Below are positions 16,854 to 27,012 of a DNA stretch of 64,000 bases, in pieces. Every line of letters begins with the position of its first letter. Position 1 is the stretch's first letter. The translations under genes and the position numbers were made by a program. Under the pieces are notes generated by a model. The model did not search any database, had not been told where the DNA came from, and saw only the letters and a list, made by a program, of their open reading frames with translations. Origin of the DNA: an uncultured delta proteobacterium (GTDB lineage: Bacteria; Myxococcota_A; UBA9160; SMWR01); contig CAWHTE010000007.1 of assembly GCA_963832165.1 (NCBI GenBank), positions 160,001-224,000 on the forward strand. Direction: 5' to 3'.

Positions 16854-17945
16854 CGCGCGCTCGTCGTCGGCGGCACGGGCCCCACCGGCCCGTTCATCGT
16901 GAACGGCCTGCGCGCGCGCGGCTATGCCACCGCGATCCTGCACCGCGGTACTCACGAGATCGACGAGATCCCCGCGGACGTCGAGCACATCCACGCCGAT
17001 CCCTACGACGGCGCCGCGCTCGATGCGGCGCTCGCGCAGCGCCGCTTCGACGTGGTGGTGGCGAGCTATGGGCGGCTGCGCGAGGTGGCGCGCGCGTGCG
17101 TCGGCCGGACGGAGCTCTTCGTGGGCGTGGGAGGCGTGCCGCTCTACCGCGGCTGGATGCGCCCCGAAGATCTCGCGCCGCGCGGGCTCGCCGTGCCCGT
17201 GCGCGAAGACGCACCGCAGGTCGAGAGCGCCGACGAGCTGCGCAAGGGATTCATGATCCGCCGCACCGAGGAGGCGGTGTTCGAGTATCACCCGCGCGCG
17301 GCGATGTTCCGCTATCCGACGGTCTACGGACCGCGCCAGCCTCTTCCGCTCGAGTGGTGCATCGTGCGCCGCGTGCTCGACGGCCGGCGCGCGATCGTGT
17401 TGCCCGACGGCGGGCTCACGCTCGCCACCGCGGGTTATTCGGAGAACCTCGCGCACGCGGTGCTCCTGGCCGTCGACCGGCCCGACGCCGCCGCAGGCCA
17501 GTCCTACAACTGCGGCGACGAGCACACGCTCACGCTGCGCCAGCGCGCCGAGACGATCGCGAGCATCCTCGGTCATCCGCTCGAGGTGATCGGCGTGCCG
17601 TCCGAGGTCGCGCTGCCCGCATGGCCGCTGCTCACGCACGAGGCCAGCGACCACCGTCTCATGGATCTCGGCAAGCTCCAGGGCGAGCTCGGCTATCGGG
17701 ACGCGGTGCCGACCCCGGAAGCGCTGCGGCGCACCGTGGACTGGCTCGTTGCGAACCGGCCCGAGCGGGGCGGCTTCACCGAGCAGCTGCTGGGCGATCC
17801 GTTCGACTACGACGCGGAGGACCAGCTCATCGCGGCCGCACGCGAAGGACTCGAGCGCCTGCGCGCGGTCCGCTATGCGCGCCCGCCGACGGGCGGCGCG
17901 TCGTACATCGCCGTCGCGGACCGCTCGTCGCAGCGCAAGAGCTAG
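16815..17945 (+). CDS. NAD-dependent epimerase/dehydratase family protein
   Basis: LRALVVGGTGPTG Rossmann motif, FRYPTVYGPR, ENLAHAVLLAV, YNCGD. True start may be TTG 16851. Confidence 0.85.
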   Translation: MDFARPPLAARNLRALVVGGTGPTGPFIVNGLRARGYATAILHRGTHEIDEIPADVEHIHADPYDGAALDAALAQRRFDVVVASYGRLREVARACVGRTELFVGVGGVPLYRGWMRPEDLAPRGLAVPVREDAPQVESADELRKGFMIRRTEEAVFEYHPRAAMFRYPTVYGPRQPLPLEWCIVRRVLDGRRAIVLPDGGLTLATAGYSENLAHAVLLAVDRPDAAAGQSYNCGDEHTLTLRQRAETIASILGHPLEVIGVPSEVALPAWPLLTHEASDHRLMDLGKLQGELGYRDAVPTPEALRRTVDWLVANRPERGGFTEQLLGDPFDYDAEDQLIAAAREGLERLRAVRYARPPTGGASYIAVADRSSQRKS

Positions 17946-19147
17946 GAAGGCCGGAGATCGCGCGGCAGTCCGAGCCCGCGCTCACCGATGATGTTGCGCT
18001 GGATGTTCGAAGCGCCACCGGCGATCGCGGGCCCGAGCGAATACATGTAGTTGTGCACGACTCCGCGCAGCGTTGCGGATTCGTCGTAGATGCTGTCGTT
18101 GGCGGCCTCGGGCTCGAGCAGGCCATCGCTGCCGAGCAGATCGAACGCCGCACACGCGATCTGCTTCATCACCTCGGTGGAGAAGAGCTTGATCATCATC
18201 ATCGGAAGCATCACCTGGAGCTCCTCACCGCGTGCTGACGCAGAGAGCATGCGCAGGTTGGTGGTCTCGCACGCGCGCACGGAGCACTCGATCTCGGCGA
18301 TGCGACGACGCACGACCGGATCCTCGATCGCGGGCCGGCCGCCGCGCACCGTGCTGCGCGCGATCTGCAGCAGCACTTCGAGCTGGCCGACCATCAGGCG
18401 CGGGTTGCCGATCAGATTGCGCTCGTGCCTGAGCGTCGCTCGCGAGATCGCCCATCCCTCGCCGCGCCGTCCGACGATGTTCTCGGCCGGCGTGCGCACG
18501 TCGTCGAAGAAGACTTCGTTGAACTCCATGCTGCCCGTCATCTGCTTGAGCGGCCGCACGTCGATGCCGGGCGCGTCCATCGGCACGAGCAGGTACGAGA
18601 TGCCCGCGTGTTTGCCCGCGCCGGCCTCGGTGCGGAACAGACCGAACATGTAGTCGGCATCGGCCGCATTGCTGGTCCAGATCTTCTGGCCGTTGATCAC
18701 CCAGTGATCGCCCTCGAGCCGCGCGCTCGTCTGCAGTGACGCGAGATCGCTGCCCGAGCCGGGCTCGCTGTAGCCCTGACACCAGCTCATTTCGCCCGCG
18801 AGCGTCGGCGGCACGAAGTGCCGCTTCTGCTCTTCGCTGCCGAACTCGAGCAGCGTGGGCACGAGCAGGCCGGGACCCTGGTCGAGGCGATTGCCCGGCG
18901 CGCCGCTGCGCGCGTACTCCTCCTGGATGACGCGGTCGATCAGCGGATCGCTGTCGTGTCCGGCGCCGCCGTACTCGGCGGGAATGCTCCGGTAGACGTA
19001 GCCGGCTTCGATGCCGCGCTTGCGGAAGATCCGCTCCTGATCCGCCGCGGGAAGCTCCGCCTCGGCACCGCGCAGCGGCCATCCGCTCAAGAACTCGCGC
19101 AGCTCGCCGCGAAACGCCTCGTAGCGCTCGCCGTAGGTGAGATCCAT
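17942..19147 (-). CDS. Acyl-CoA dehydrogenase
   Basis: WCQGYSEPGSGSDLASL, INGQKIWTS, FNEVFFDDV, LRHER, IAGGASNIQRNIIGERGLGLPR. Confidence 0.93.
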   Translation of the reverse strand: MDLTYGERYEAFRGELREFLSGWPLRGAEAELPAADQERIFRKRGIEAGYVYRSIPAEYGGAGHDSDPLIDRVIQEEYARSGAPGNRLDQGPGLLVPTLLEFGSEEQKRHFVPPTLAGEMSWCQGYSEPGSGSDLASLQTSARLEGDHWVINGQKIWTSNAADADYMFGLFRTEAGAGKHAGISYLLVPMDAPGIDVRPLKQMTGSMEFNEVFFDDVRTPAENIVGRRGEGWAISRATLRHERNLIGNPRLMVGQLEVLLQIARSTVRGGRPAIEDPVVRRRIAEIECSVRACETTNLRMLSASARGEELQVMLPMMMIKLFSTEVMKQIACAAFDLLGSDGLLEPEAANDSIYDESATLRGVVHNYMYSLGPAIAGGASNIQRNIIGERGLGLPRDLRPS

Positions 19148-20224
19148 CTACCAGTCTCCGAGTTCGGCGATGCGCGCGTAGTGGTGTTCGGGCGCTCCGC
19201 CCCAGATCCGGTCGAACATCGCGCGCTTGAACCAGATCTGGACGTCGCACTCCCAGGTGAACCCGAGTCCGCCGTGCAGCTCGACCGCCGCGCGCGCCAC
19301 CTCGCTCGCGCGTGCCGTGATGTGCGCCTTTGCGATCGCCGCCGCGCGCGGCGCCTCGGACGGGATCTGATCCCACGCATGAGCGGCATACCAGAACAGA
19401 CCGCGCGTGGGCTCGACCTGCGTCGCCATGTCGGCGAGCTGGTGCTTGACCGACTGGAACTGCGCGATCGGCGTTCCGAACTGTTGGCGCGCCTTCGCGT
19501 ACTCGGTGGTGATGCGCGTGAGGTGCCACGCGGCCCCGAATGCATCCGCGGCGAGCGCCACGAGCGCTGCGTCGCGCACGCGCGCGGCGGCAGCAGGAGC
19601 CCCAGCGAGCAGCTCCGCGGGCGTGCCGTCGAAGCCGAGCTCGGCGATCGGACGCGTGCGATCGGCGCCGCGCTCGTCCTCGATGCGCATGCCCGCTGCA
19701 CCGCGCTCGACCACCGCGAAGCGGCCGCCGCGCACTCCCACCACGACGAGATCCGCGACCACCGCGTGCGGAACGTGGCGCTTGACGCCGCGCAACGACT
19801 CACCCGCTTGGAGCGTCCAGGCCTCCGGGTCCCACACATCGCTCGACTCCGCGAGTGCGATCGTCGCGACCCGCTCGCCCGACGCGAGCGCAGGCAACCA
19901 GCGCCGCTGCTGCTCGTCGCTGCCCGCGAGCGCGAGCGCAAGGCACGCGAGGGAGTGGCCGAAGATCGGGCCCGGCAGCGCACTCGCGCCGAGCTCTTCC
20001 ATCACGAGCGCAAGCTCGAGCAAGCCGAGTCCTGCGCCGCCGAACGATTCGGGCACCGTGAGCCCCGCGATGCCGATCTCCGCGAGGCCCTTCCAGAGCG
20101 CGGGATCGTGCCCTGCGCCGCCGTCGAAGATCTCGCGCAGACGCGGCGCGGGACATTCGCCCGCGGCGAAACCGCGCACGGTCTCCTGGAGCAAGAGCTG
20201 CTCCTCGGTCAGGCCGAAGTGCAT
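19148..20224 (-). CDS. Acyl-CoA dehydrogenase (short partner subunit type)
   Basis: MHFGLTEEQ, RQQFGTPIAQFQSVKHQLADM, ELHGGLGFTWE; degenerate N-terminal FAD motif. Confidence 0.9.
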   Translation of the reverse strand: MHFGLTEEQLLLQETVRGFAAGECPAPRLREIFDGGAGHDPALWKGLAEIGIAGLTVPESFGGAGLGLLELALVMEELGASALPGPIFGHSLACLALALAGSDEQQRRWLPALASGERVATIALAESSDVWDPEAWTLQAGESLRGVKRHVPHAVVADLVVVGVRGGRFAVVERGAAGMRIEDERGADRTRPIAELGFDGTPAELLAGAPAAAARVRDAALVALAADAFGAAWHLTRITTEYAKARQQFGTPIAQFQSVKHQLADMATQVEPTRGLFWYAAHAWDQIPSEAPRAAAIAKAHITARASEVARAAVELHGGLGFTWECDVQIWFKRAMFDRIWGGAPEHHYARIAELGDW

Positions 20225-20275
20225 CCGATTCGATCTCCCGCGGACGGCGACGAAGGACGCCGAGTAGTAAGTCAT

Positions 20276-20305
20276 CTTGACTATTTGGTCAAGCCGCCTT
20301 ACGGT
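20276..20305 (+). promoter_or_regulatory. marR promoter with overlapping palindromic operator
   Basis: CTTGAC-N6-GTCAAG (20276-20293) overlaps TTGACT(20277-20282)-N17-TACGGT(20300-20305)-N6-ATG. Confidence 0.7.
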
Positions 20306-20311
20306 CGCCGC

Positions 20312-20830
20312 ATGGCTGAATCGCTCGCCGCATCGCCGCGCCGCAGCCGCAACCCCGACTTGATCGAGCGCTCACTCGCGGTGTTCGGGCGCCGCAACAT
20401 CGGCGTGCTGTTCCAGCACTTGTCGCGCGATTTCGAGCGCCGCGCGCGCGCCACGCTGCAGGCGCGCGGCCACACCGAACTCCTGCCCTCACACCAGGTG
20501 GTGTTCGCGAGCCTAGGCCGGGACGGCACGCGCCTCACGACACTCGCGCAGCACGCGGGTATGACGAAACAGGCAATGGGCCAGATCGTCGACGATCTCG
20601 AGCAGCTCGGATACGTCGAGCGGACTCCGGATCCCGAGGATGGGCGCGCCAAGATCGTGCGCTTCACCGCGGCGGGACTCGACTTCGTGTGCGACGCCGC
20701 CGAGGTGCTCGAGGAGATCTGGCGCGATTATTCGCGTCTGCTCGGCGAGAACGAGCTCGATCGGATCCAGGAGCAGCTGCACGAGCTGATGCGGGGCACG
20801 CGCCGCGATCCCCCGCCCAGCGAACGTTAG
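20312..20830 (+). CDS. MarR family transcriptional regulator
   Basis: GTRLTTLAQHAGMTKQAMGQIVDDLEQLGYVERTPDPEDGRAKIVRFTAAG. Confidence 0.92.
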   Translation: MAESLAASPRRSRNPDLIERSLAVFGRRNIGVLFQHLSRDFERRARATLQARGHTELLPSHQVVFASLGRDGTRLTTLAQHAGMTKQAMGQIVDDLEQLGYVERTPDPEDGRAKIVRFTAAGLDFVCDAAEVLEEIWRDYSRLLGENELDRIQEQLHELMRGTRRDPPPSER

Positions 20831-22467
20831 GCGGAGCTCGCAGCGATCACCGACGCCACGCGCTCGGGATCGACGCGCGTCATGAGGCTCTGGAACTTCC
20901 CGACCTCGCTGCCGAGCAGCGGTCGCGATGCTTCGTCCCAGCTCGGCGCGGCCGAGAGTCCGAACAGCGCGCGGCCGTCCGCGGCCAGGCGCGGCAGGAT
21001 CGGCGACAGATAGACGGCGATCTGGTGGAAGAGATTGAGCGCGACACTGCACACGTCGCGCAGCTCGTCCTGGGCATCGCCGCGCTTGCGCAGCGTCCAC
21101 GGCGCGCGCGCCTCCACGTACTCGTTGGCGCGATCCGCGAGCGCCATCACGAGCCGCGTGACCTTTCCGGTATCACAGGCCTCGTACGCGGCCGCGATCT
21201 CGTCGGAGAGACGCGCGCCCGCAGCGAACAGACCGCCGTCGTCCGGGTAGTCGGAGGCGAGTGGCTGGCCCTCGACGAAGCGCGCTGTGCGGCTCGCGAG
21301 GTTCACCACCTTTCCCACGAGGTCGGCGTTCACCTTCGCGACGAACTCGTCGAGGTGGAGATCCATGTCGGACGCGCCGCCGGACAGCTTGGTCGCGAAG
21401 TAGTAGCGGAGATAGTCGGGCGAGAGGTGCTCGAGATAGGTGCGCGCGAACACGAACGTGCCCTTGCGCTTGCTCATCTTCTCGCCGTTGACGGTGAGGA
21501 AGCCGTGCACGTGCACGCGCGTCGGCAGCGGTCGACCCCACGCCTCGAGCATCGCGGGCCAGAACAGCGTGTGGAAGTAGGCGATGTCCTTGCCGATGAA
21601 ATGGTGGATCTCGCAGTCGGGATTCCCCCACCAGCGCTCGAAATCCTCGCCCGTCTTCTCGCACCAATCCCAGGTCGAGCTCATGTATCCGACCGGCGCG
21701 TCGAGCCAGACATAGAAGTAGTGGCCCGGCGCATCGGGGATCTCGAAGCCGAAGTAGGGCGCGGGCCGCGACACGTCCCAATCGCGCAGCGCCTCGGCGA
21801 GAAATCCGTTCGCGAGCCAGTTGGCGGTCTCGGTCGGCATGCGGCCGGGCGCCTGCGTCCACTGCGCGAGAAAGTCGTGGAAGCGCTCGAGCACGACGAA
21901 GCAGTGCATCGCCGAGCGGAGCTCCGGGCGCGCGCCCGTGAGCGTGCTGACCGGATTCACGAGCTCCTCGGGACCGTAGACGGCGCCGCATACCTCGCAG
22001 TTGTCGCCGTACTGATCGGGCGATCCGCAGCGCGGGCAGTTCCCTTTCACGAACCGGTCGGCGAGGAAGATGCCCGCCTGCGCGTCGTAGAGCTGCGTGA
22101 CCTCGCGCTCGGTGACGTGGCCGCCCGCGCGCAGCGCAGCCCATACCTCGTTCACGAGCCGCTGGTTCGAAGGACTGTGCGTGCTGCCGTAGTGATCGTA
22201 GACGGCGCCGAAGTCGGCGAGGTCGCGCTCGTGCGCGCGGCGCACGTCTTCGAGCAACGCCTCCGGCTCGCGGCCCTCCTTCTGCGCGCGGATCATCGTT
22301 GCGGTGCCGTGTGTGTCGTCGCCGCAGAAGCTGCGCACCTCGTGGCCGCGCATGCGCTGGAAGCGCACCCAGATGTCGGTCTGGACGTGCTCGAGCAAAT
22401 GCCCCAGATGCAGATCCGTGTTCACGTAGGGCAGGGCGTTGGTGATGAGAATCTGGCGGCGCACCAT
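20827..22467 (-). CDS. metG: Methionine--tRNA ligase (short form, 546 aa)
   Basis: ITNALPYVN..LHLGH, DDTHGT, Zn knuckle CPRC/CEVC, DWDVSRPAPYFGF, YVWLDAPVGY, HFIGKDI, KMSKR. Confidence 0.95.
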   Translation of the reverse strand: MVRRQILITNALPYVNTDLHLGHLLEHVQTDIWVRFQRMRGHEVRSFCGDDTHGTATMIRAQKEGREPEALLEDVRRAHERDLADFGAVYDHYGSTHSPSNQRLVNEVWAALRAGGHVTEREVTQLYDAQAGIFLADRFVKGNCPRCGSPDQYGDNCEVCGAVYGPEELVNPVSTLTGARPELRSAMHCFVVLERFHDFLAQWTQAPGRMPTETANWLANGFLAEALRDWDVSRPAPYFGFEIPDAPGHYFYVWLDAPVGYMSSTWDWCEKTGEDFERWWGNPDCEIHHFIGKDIAYFHTLFWPAMLEAWGRPLPTRVHVHGFLTVNGEKMSKRKGTFVFARTYLEHLSPDYLRYYFATKLSGGASDMDLHLDEFVAKVNADLVGKVVNLASRTARFVEGQPLASDYPDDGGLFAAGARLSDEIAAAYEACDTGKVTRLVMALADRANEYVEARAPWTLRKRGDAQDELRDVCSVALNLFHQIAVYLSPILPRLAADGRALFGLSAAPSWDEASRPLLGSEVGKFQSLMTRVDPERVASVIAASSA

Positions 22468-22528
22468 CGTGGGAACGGAGCGTATACTGTGCAGCGCCGC
22501 GGCGCCCCGCGAGTTTCGGAGGATCGCC

Positions 22529-23722
22529 ATGCCCACCCCCGACGCGATCGAGCGAGACTGGGTGATCGATTGCGACACCCACATCACCGAACCGCCCGAC
22601 GTCTGGACCGCACGACTCCCCGCAAAGTTTCTCGATCGCGCGCCGCACGTCGTGCACGACGAGGAGTTCGGCTGGGACGTGTGGCGAATCGGCGACTCGA
22701 AGTCGCTGCTCACGGTCGGTCACACCGCGGTGGCGGGCTGGCCGGAGCCGTTCCCGTCGGCGCCGCGCACGCTCGCCGAGGTACCGCGAGCGGCCTACGA
22801 CGCAAAGGCACGGCTCGAGTACATGGATTCGATCGGCATCTGGGCGATGGCGCTCTATCCGAACGTGGGCGGCTTCGGCAACGAATCGTTCCTGAAGCTC
22901 GGCGACCCCGAGCTCATGCTCGCGTGCGTAGAGGCCTACAACGATTTCCAGATCGACTGGATCAGCCCCGATCCGCGCCGCTTCATCCCGATCCTCGCGA
23001 CGCCGTTCTGGGACCCCGCGGCGTCTGCGCGCGAGATCGAGCGCAGCGCGGCTCGTGGGCACCGCGGCGTGCTGTTCACGGGCGAGCCGCAGAAGTTCGG
23101 CTTCCCGCCGCTCGCGGATCCGCACTGGGACCCGCTCTGGGCGGCGGCCCAGGACACCGGGCTCCCGGTCAGCTTCCACATCGGCAGCGGCAGCCTGGTC
23201 GAAGAGTTCACTCCCGAGCGCATGAAGGTCTACGGCATGGGCGCGCTCAACGCCAAGACCACCGTCGGCTTGTTCCTCGAGAACGGCAAGCAGCTCGTCG
23301 ACCTGTTGTTCTCGGGTGTGCTTGCGCGCTTCCCGAAGCTCCAAGTGGTATCGGTCGAGAGCGGGATCGGATTCATCCCGTTCGTTCTGGAAGCCGCCGA
23401 CTACGCGTTCGAGTACTCGAAGGTCCGGCGAGAGCGCCCGATCTTCGAGATGAAGCCGAGTGAGTACTTCCAGCGGCAGGTCTACGGCTGTTATTTCTTC
23501 GAGGAATTCGCTCCGCAGAGGCTGATCGATCGGATCGGCGTGGACCGGATCCTGTTCGAGACCGACTATCCGCACCCGGTCTGCCTGTACGGCAACGTGC
23601 GGGAGAAGATCGACGCGGGGCTCGCCGGAAAGTCGCACGAGGTGCGGCGTAAGCTCCTCTGGGAGAACGCTGCGAAGCTCTACCGGGTGCCGGAGCCGGA
23701 TCGCCCGGTACCGATCGCGTAG
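22529..23722 (+). CDS. Amidohydrolase_2 family protein
   Basis: IDCDTHITEP, EAYNDF, HWDPLWAAAQ, SFHIG, FETDYPHP. Confidence 0.88.
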   Translation: MPTPDAIERDWVIDCDTHITEPPDVWTARLPAKFLDRAPHVVHDEEFGWDVWRIGDSKSLLTVGHTAVAGWPEPFPSAPRTLAEVPRAAYDAKARLEYMDSIGIWAMALYPNVGGFGNESFLKLGDPELMLACVEAYNDFQIDWISPDPRRFIPILATPFWDPAASAREIERSAARGHRGVLFTGEPQKFGFPPLADPHWDPLWAAAQDTGLPVSFHIGSGSLVEEFTPERMKVYGMGALNAKTTVGLFLENGKQLVDLLFSGVLARFPKLQVVSVESGIGFIPFVLEAADYAFEYSKVRRERPIFEMKPSEYFQRQVYGCYFFEEFAPQRLIDRIGVDRILFETDYPHPVCLYGNVREKIDAGLAGKSHEVRRKLLWENAAKLYRVPEPDRPVPIA

Positions 23723-23724
23723 CG

Positions 23725-24522
23725 CTACGCGTCCGAGCGCCGGCGGAACTGCCCGAAGTTCGCTTTGCGCTTCTCGAGAAACGCCCGGACCGCCTCGATG
23801 TTCTCGGGCGATCCCGCCTGTTCCTTCATGCCCTGATCTTCCGACTCGAACGCCGCGCGGATCCCGTCGCGGTGCGCGCGCAGCAGCGTGCGCTTGGTGG
23901 CCTGTAGCGCGGACACGGGATGCTGCGCGATCTCTCGCGCGACGGCGAGCGTCGCTTCGAGCAGCTGCGCGTCGGGAAACACGCCGGCCGCCATGCCCAG
24001 CTTCACGGCCTGGCCCGCGTCGATCCACTCGGCGGTGTAGAAGAGCTCGGCCGCGCGCTGCGAACCGATCACCTGTTGCAGCAGGTAGCTGCTCGCGCCT
24101 TCGGGAACCAGGCCGAGCGCCACGAACGGGAGCCGCAGCCGCACGCTCTCGCCCACGTACACGATGTCGCAATGGAACAGGAACGTGGCGCCGATCCCGA
24201 CCCCGACACCCTTGGCGGCCGCGAGCAGCGGCTTGTCGAACGCGACGAGCGCCTCCATGCAGCCGTAGTAGCCGTTCGGATGGCCGTCGTCGCGCGGTGC
24301 CGACGACTGGCCGAACGCGGAGAGGTCCTGGCCCGCGGAGAAATCGCTTCCGGCGCCCGTCACCACCACCACCGCAATGCGCGGATCTTCGCGCGCGGCG
24401 TTGAGCGCGTCGCGGAGGCCATCCCACTGCGCATCGTCGAAGGCGTTCTTCTTGGCGGGGCGGTTCAGCGTGACCACGAGCACGCCTTCGTCGTCGAGCG
24501 AGCGCAGCACCGGGTCGGTCAT
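23725..24522 (-). CDS. Enoyl-CoA hydratase/isomerase family protein
   Basis: LNRPAKKNAF, FSAGQDL, GVGIGAT, LPFVALGLVPEGASS. Confidence 0.9.
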   Translation of the reverse strand: MTDPVLRSLDDEGVLVVTLNRPAKKNAFDDAQWDGLRDALNAAREDPRIAVVVVTGAGSDFSAGQDLSAFGQSSAPRDDGHPNGYYGCMEALVAFDKPLLAAAKGVGVGIGATFLFHCDIVYVGESVRLRLPFVALGLVPEGASSYLLQQVIGSQRAAELFYTAEWIDAGQAVKLGMAAGVFPDAQLLEATLAVAREIAQHPVSALQATKRTLLRAHRDGIRAAFESEDQGMKEQAGSPENIEAVRAFLEKRKANFGQFRRRSDA

Positions 24523-24623
24523 GGATCGTCCTCCGCCGCTTCGGATGATAGCGGTGCCCTCTCGCGCGGTAGAGCTACCCTGGGCCGGCGTCGCCGGATC
24601 CGGCGTCACTCCAGGAGCGCTCG

Positions 24624-25805
24624 ATGATCTCGTACAACCCGTTCGCCGAAGCAGTGATGGCCGATCCCCATCCCGTCTATCGCCAGTTGCGCGACGAGGC
24701 TCCGGTGTACCGGCTCGCCAACTACCCGTGCTGGGTGCTGTCGCGCTTCGAAGACGTGTGGAATGCGAGCCTCGACGTGAAATCGTTCTCGGTCGCGCAG
24801 GGAACGACGCCGAGCCAGCTGCTCACGAAGGCGCAGCCGGTCACGCCGATGATCAACAACATGGATCCGCCCGCTCACACGGCGTTGCGCGCGCAGCTGC
24901 GCCCATTCTTCGCGCCCGCGCGCATCCGCGAGCTCGAGCCCACCATCCGCCAGCTCTTCTCCGACGCGCTCGATCAGCTGGTCGAGAAGGGTGGGGGCGA
25001 TCTCGTGGGCGAGTTCGGCACGCGCGTCGCGCTCAAGGTGGCGTCGATCGTCTCCGGCATCCCGCTCGAGGACGGAGACATGCTCTACCGACTCGTGCAG
25101 CGTTTCTTCGGCCACGAGGAAGGCGTCGACGGCATGACCGCCGACGGCATCAAGGCGATGATGGAGATGATCGAGTACTTCGCCGCGCTCGCCGCGCGCC
25201 GGCGCGCGCAAGGCACCGCGCGCGCGCATCCGCTCGACGTGCTGATCGACTTCGAGCAGGACGGGCACAAGCTCGAGGATCCCGTGATCGCCTCGCACAT
25301 GTCGCTGCTCCTGATCGGGGGGTCGGAAACCTTCCCGAAGGTGTTCGCGAATCTCGCGCGCCGACTGTTCGAACATCCGGACCAGCGCGCCGCGGTGGCT
25401 GCGGATCCGAGCCTCGCGCCCGACGCGATGATCGAGGCGCTGCGCTACGACATGCCGACGCAGTTCCTCGGCCGCACCGTCGTGCGCGACGTCGAGGTGC
25501 GCGGTGAGAAGCTGCGCGCGGGCGAGACCGTGCTCTTCCTGTACGCGTCCGCCAACCGGGATCCGCGCGAGTTCGCCGACCCGGATCGCTTCGACATCGC
25601 TCGCCGCCCGCCGCGCATCCTGAGCTTCGGCCACGGCACGCACGCCTGCCTCGGCATCCACACCGCCAAGGCCGAGGGGCGGATCGCGCTGGAGGAGCTG
25701 CTACGCCGCGATCCCGAGTACGAATTGGACATGAGCGGCGCCGAGCGCCTGCGCACCGAGTTCGTGCAGGGCTTCGCTCGCTTGCCCGTGAGGTTGCACA
25801 CCTAG
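24624..25805 (+). CDS. Cytochrome P450
   Basis: MDPPAHT, GGSET (I-helix), EALR, SANRDP, FGHGTHACLG heme Cys. Confidence 0.95.
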   Translation: MISYNPFAEAVMADPHPVYRQLRDEAPVYRLANYPCWVLSRFEDVWNASLDVKSFSVAQGTTPSQLLTKAQPVTPMINNMDPPAHTALRAQLRPFFAPARIRELEPTIRQLFSDALDQLVEKGGGDLVGEFGTRVALKVASIVSGIPLEDGDMLYRLVQRFFGHEEGVDGMTADGIKAMMEMIEYFAALAARRRAQGTARAHPLDVLIDFEQDGHKLEDPVIASHMSLLLIGGSETFPKVFANLARRLFEHPDQRAAVAADPSLAPDAMIEALRYDMPTQFLGRTVVRDVEVRGEKLRAGETVLFLYASANRDPREFADPDRFDIARRPPRILSFGHGTHACLGIHTAKAEGRIALEELLRRDPEYELDMSGAERLRTEFVQGFARLPVRLHT

Positions 25806-25818
25806 CCCGGAGGCCTGC

Positions 25819-27012
25819 ATGTCGGCGCCGTTCTCTCACCTCGCGAGCATCGACTACCCGATTCTCGACGCCGACGCGCATGTGAACGAGCCGCCGAACC
25901 TCTGGCAGGACGCGGTCCCGGCGAAGTGGCGAGATCGCGCGCCCAAGCTCGTGAAGACCGACGCCGGGGATTTCTGGCACTTCGACGGCGGCCGGGAGAA
26001 GTCGCCCGTCGGCCTCACGGCCGCGGCAGGGCAGAGCATGCTCGAGATGGGGCTTTCCGGGCAGACCTACGAGGGGATGCGCCCGGGCAGCTTCGATACC
26101 GCGGCGCGCCTCGCAGATATGGACGCCGACGGCATCTACGCGCAGGTGCTCTATCCCTCGGTGACACTGAAAGGCGCCAAGGTGTACTCGGAGGAGCGCG
26201 AGCTGCAGCTCGCGTGCGTGCGCGCCTACAACGATTGGATCGCCGCGTTCGCCGCGCCCGCGCGCGGGCGCCTGGCTGCGCAGGCGATCATTCCCACCAC
26301 GGGCCTGGACGATGCGGTCACCGAGCTCGACTACGCGCTCAAGAACGGCCACCGCGGAGCGATCATCTCCTCGTTCCCGAGCGGCTCCATCGTACCGAGC
26401 GCGAGCGATGCGCCGTTCTGGTCGCGAGCACAGGAGGCGGACTTCCCGATCGGCGTGCACATCGGGAGCTTCGTGAAGGCCGCGCCGGCTGCACCGGCGG
26501 CCGGCCGCACTCCCGAGCCCGCCGGCAATGCATCGCTCGCGTTCCTCGCGCGCGCGGCGTGGGCGAAGTCGGGCGGGCAGACGCTCGACGTCGCGTGCGA
26601 TCTGCTCTTCTCGGGGATCTTCCAGCGCTTCCCCGGTCTGAAGATCGTGCTCGTGGAGGCGAACATCGGCTGGATCCCGACGCTGCTCGAGCAGAGCGAC
26701 GACATGTTCCGCCGCTATCGCTGGTGGACGGGCGCGCACAAGACCATGTCGGAGATGCCGAGCCAGATCTTCCATCGCAACTTCTACTCGACCTTCATGG
26801 TCGATCGCTCGGGCCTCGAGCTGCGCCACCGACTCCACATCGACCACCTGATGTGGTCGACCGACTATCCGCACAGCGGCACCGACTGGCCCAACTCCGG
26901 CGTCACGATCGAGAACCTCTTCCGAGGCATCCCGCAGGACGAAGTGAAGAAGATGCTTCACGACAACTGCAAGACGCTGTACCGCCTCGACGTACCGGAT
27001 CGCCTGATCTAG
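25819..27012 (+). CDS. Amidohydrolase_2 family protein
   Basis: DADAHVNEP, RAYNDW, GVHIG, VEANIGWIP, WSTDYPH. Confidence 0.88.
   Translation: MSAPFSHLASIDYPILDADAHVNEPPNLWQDAVPAKWRDRAPKLVKTDAGDFWHFDGGREKSPVGLTAAAGQSMLEMGLSGQTYEGMRPGSFDTAARLADMDADGIYAQVLYPSVTLKGAKVYSEERELQLACVRAYNDWIAAFAAPARGRLAAQAIIPTTGLDDAVTELDYALKNGHRGAIISSFPSGSIVPSASDAPFWSRAQEADFPIGVHIGSFVKAAPAAPAAGRTPEPAGNASLAFLARAAWAKSGGQTLDVACDLLFSGIFQRFPGLKIVLVEANIGWIPTLLEQSDDMFRRYRWWTGAHKTMSEMPSQIFHRNFYSTFMVDRSGLELRHRLHIDHLMWSTDYPHSGTDWPNSGVTIENLFRGIPQDEVKKMLHDNCKTLYRLDVPDRLI

Noticed and set aside
20689..24427. Very long ORFs 20689..23463 (+) and 21173..24427 (-), and similar ones such as 49407..52604 and 11513..13810
   Set aside because: Arg/Ala-rich off-frame or antisense ORFs expected at this GC content, overlapping well-supported genes.
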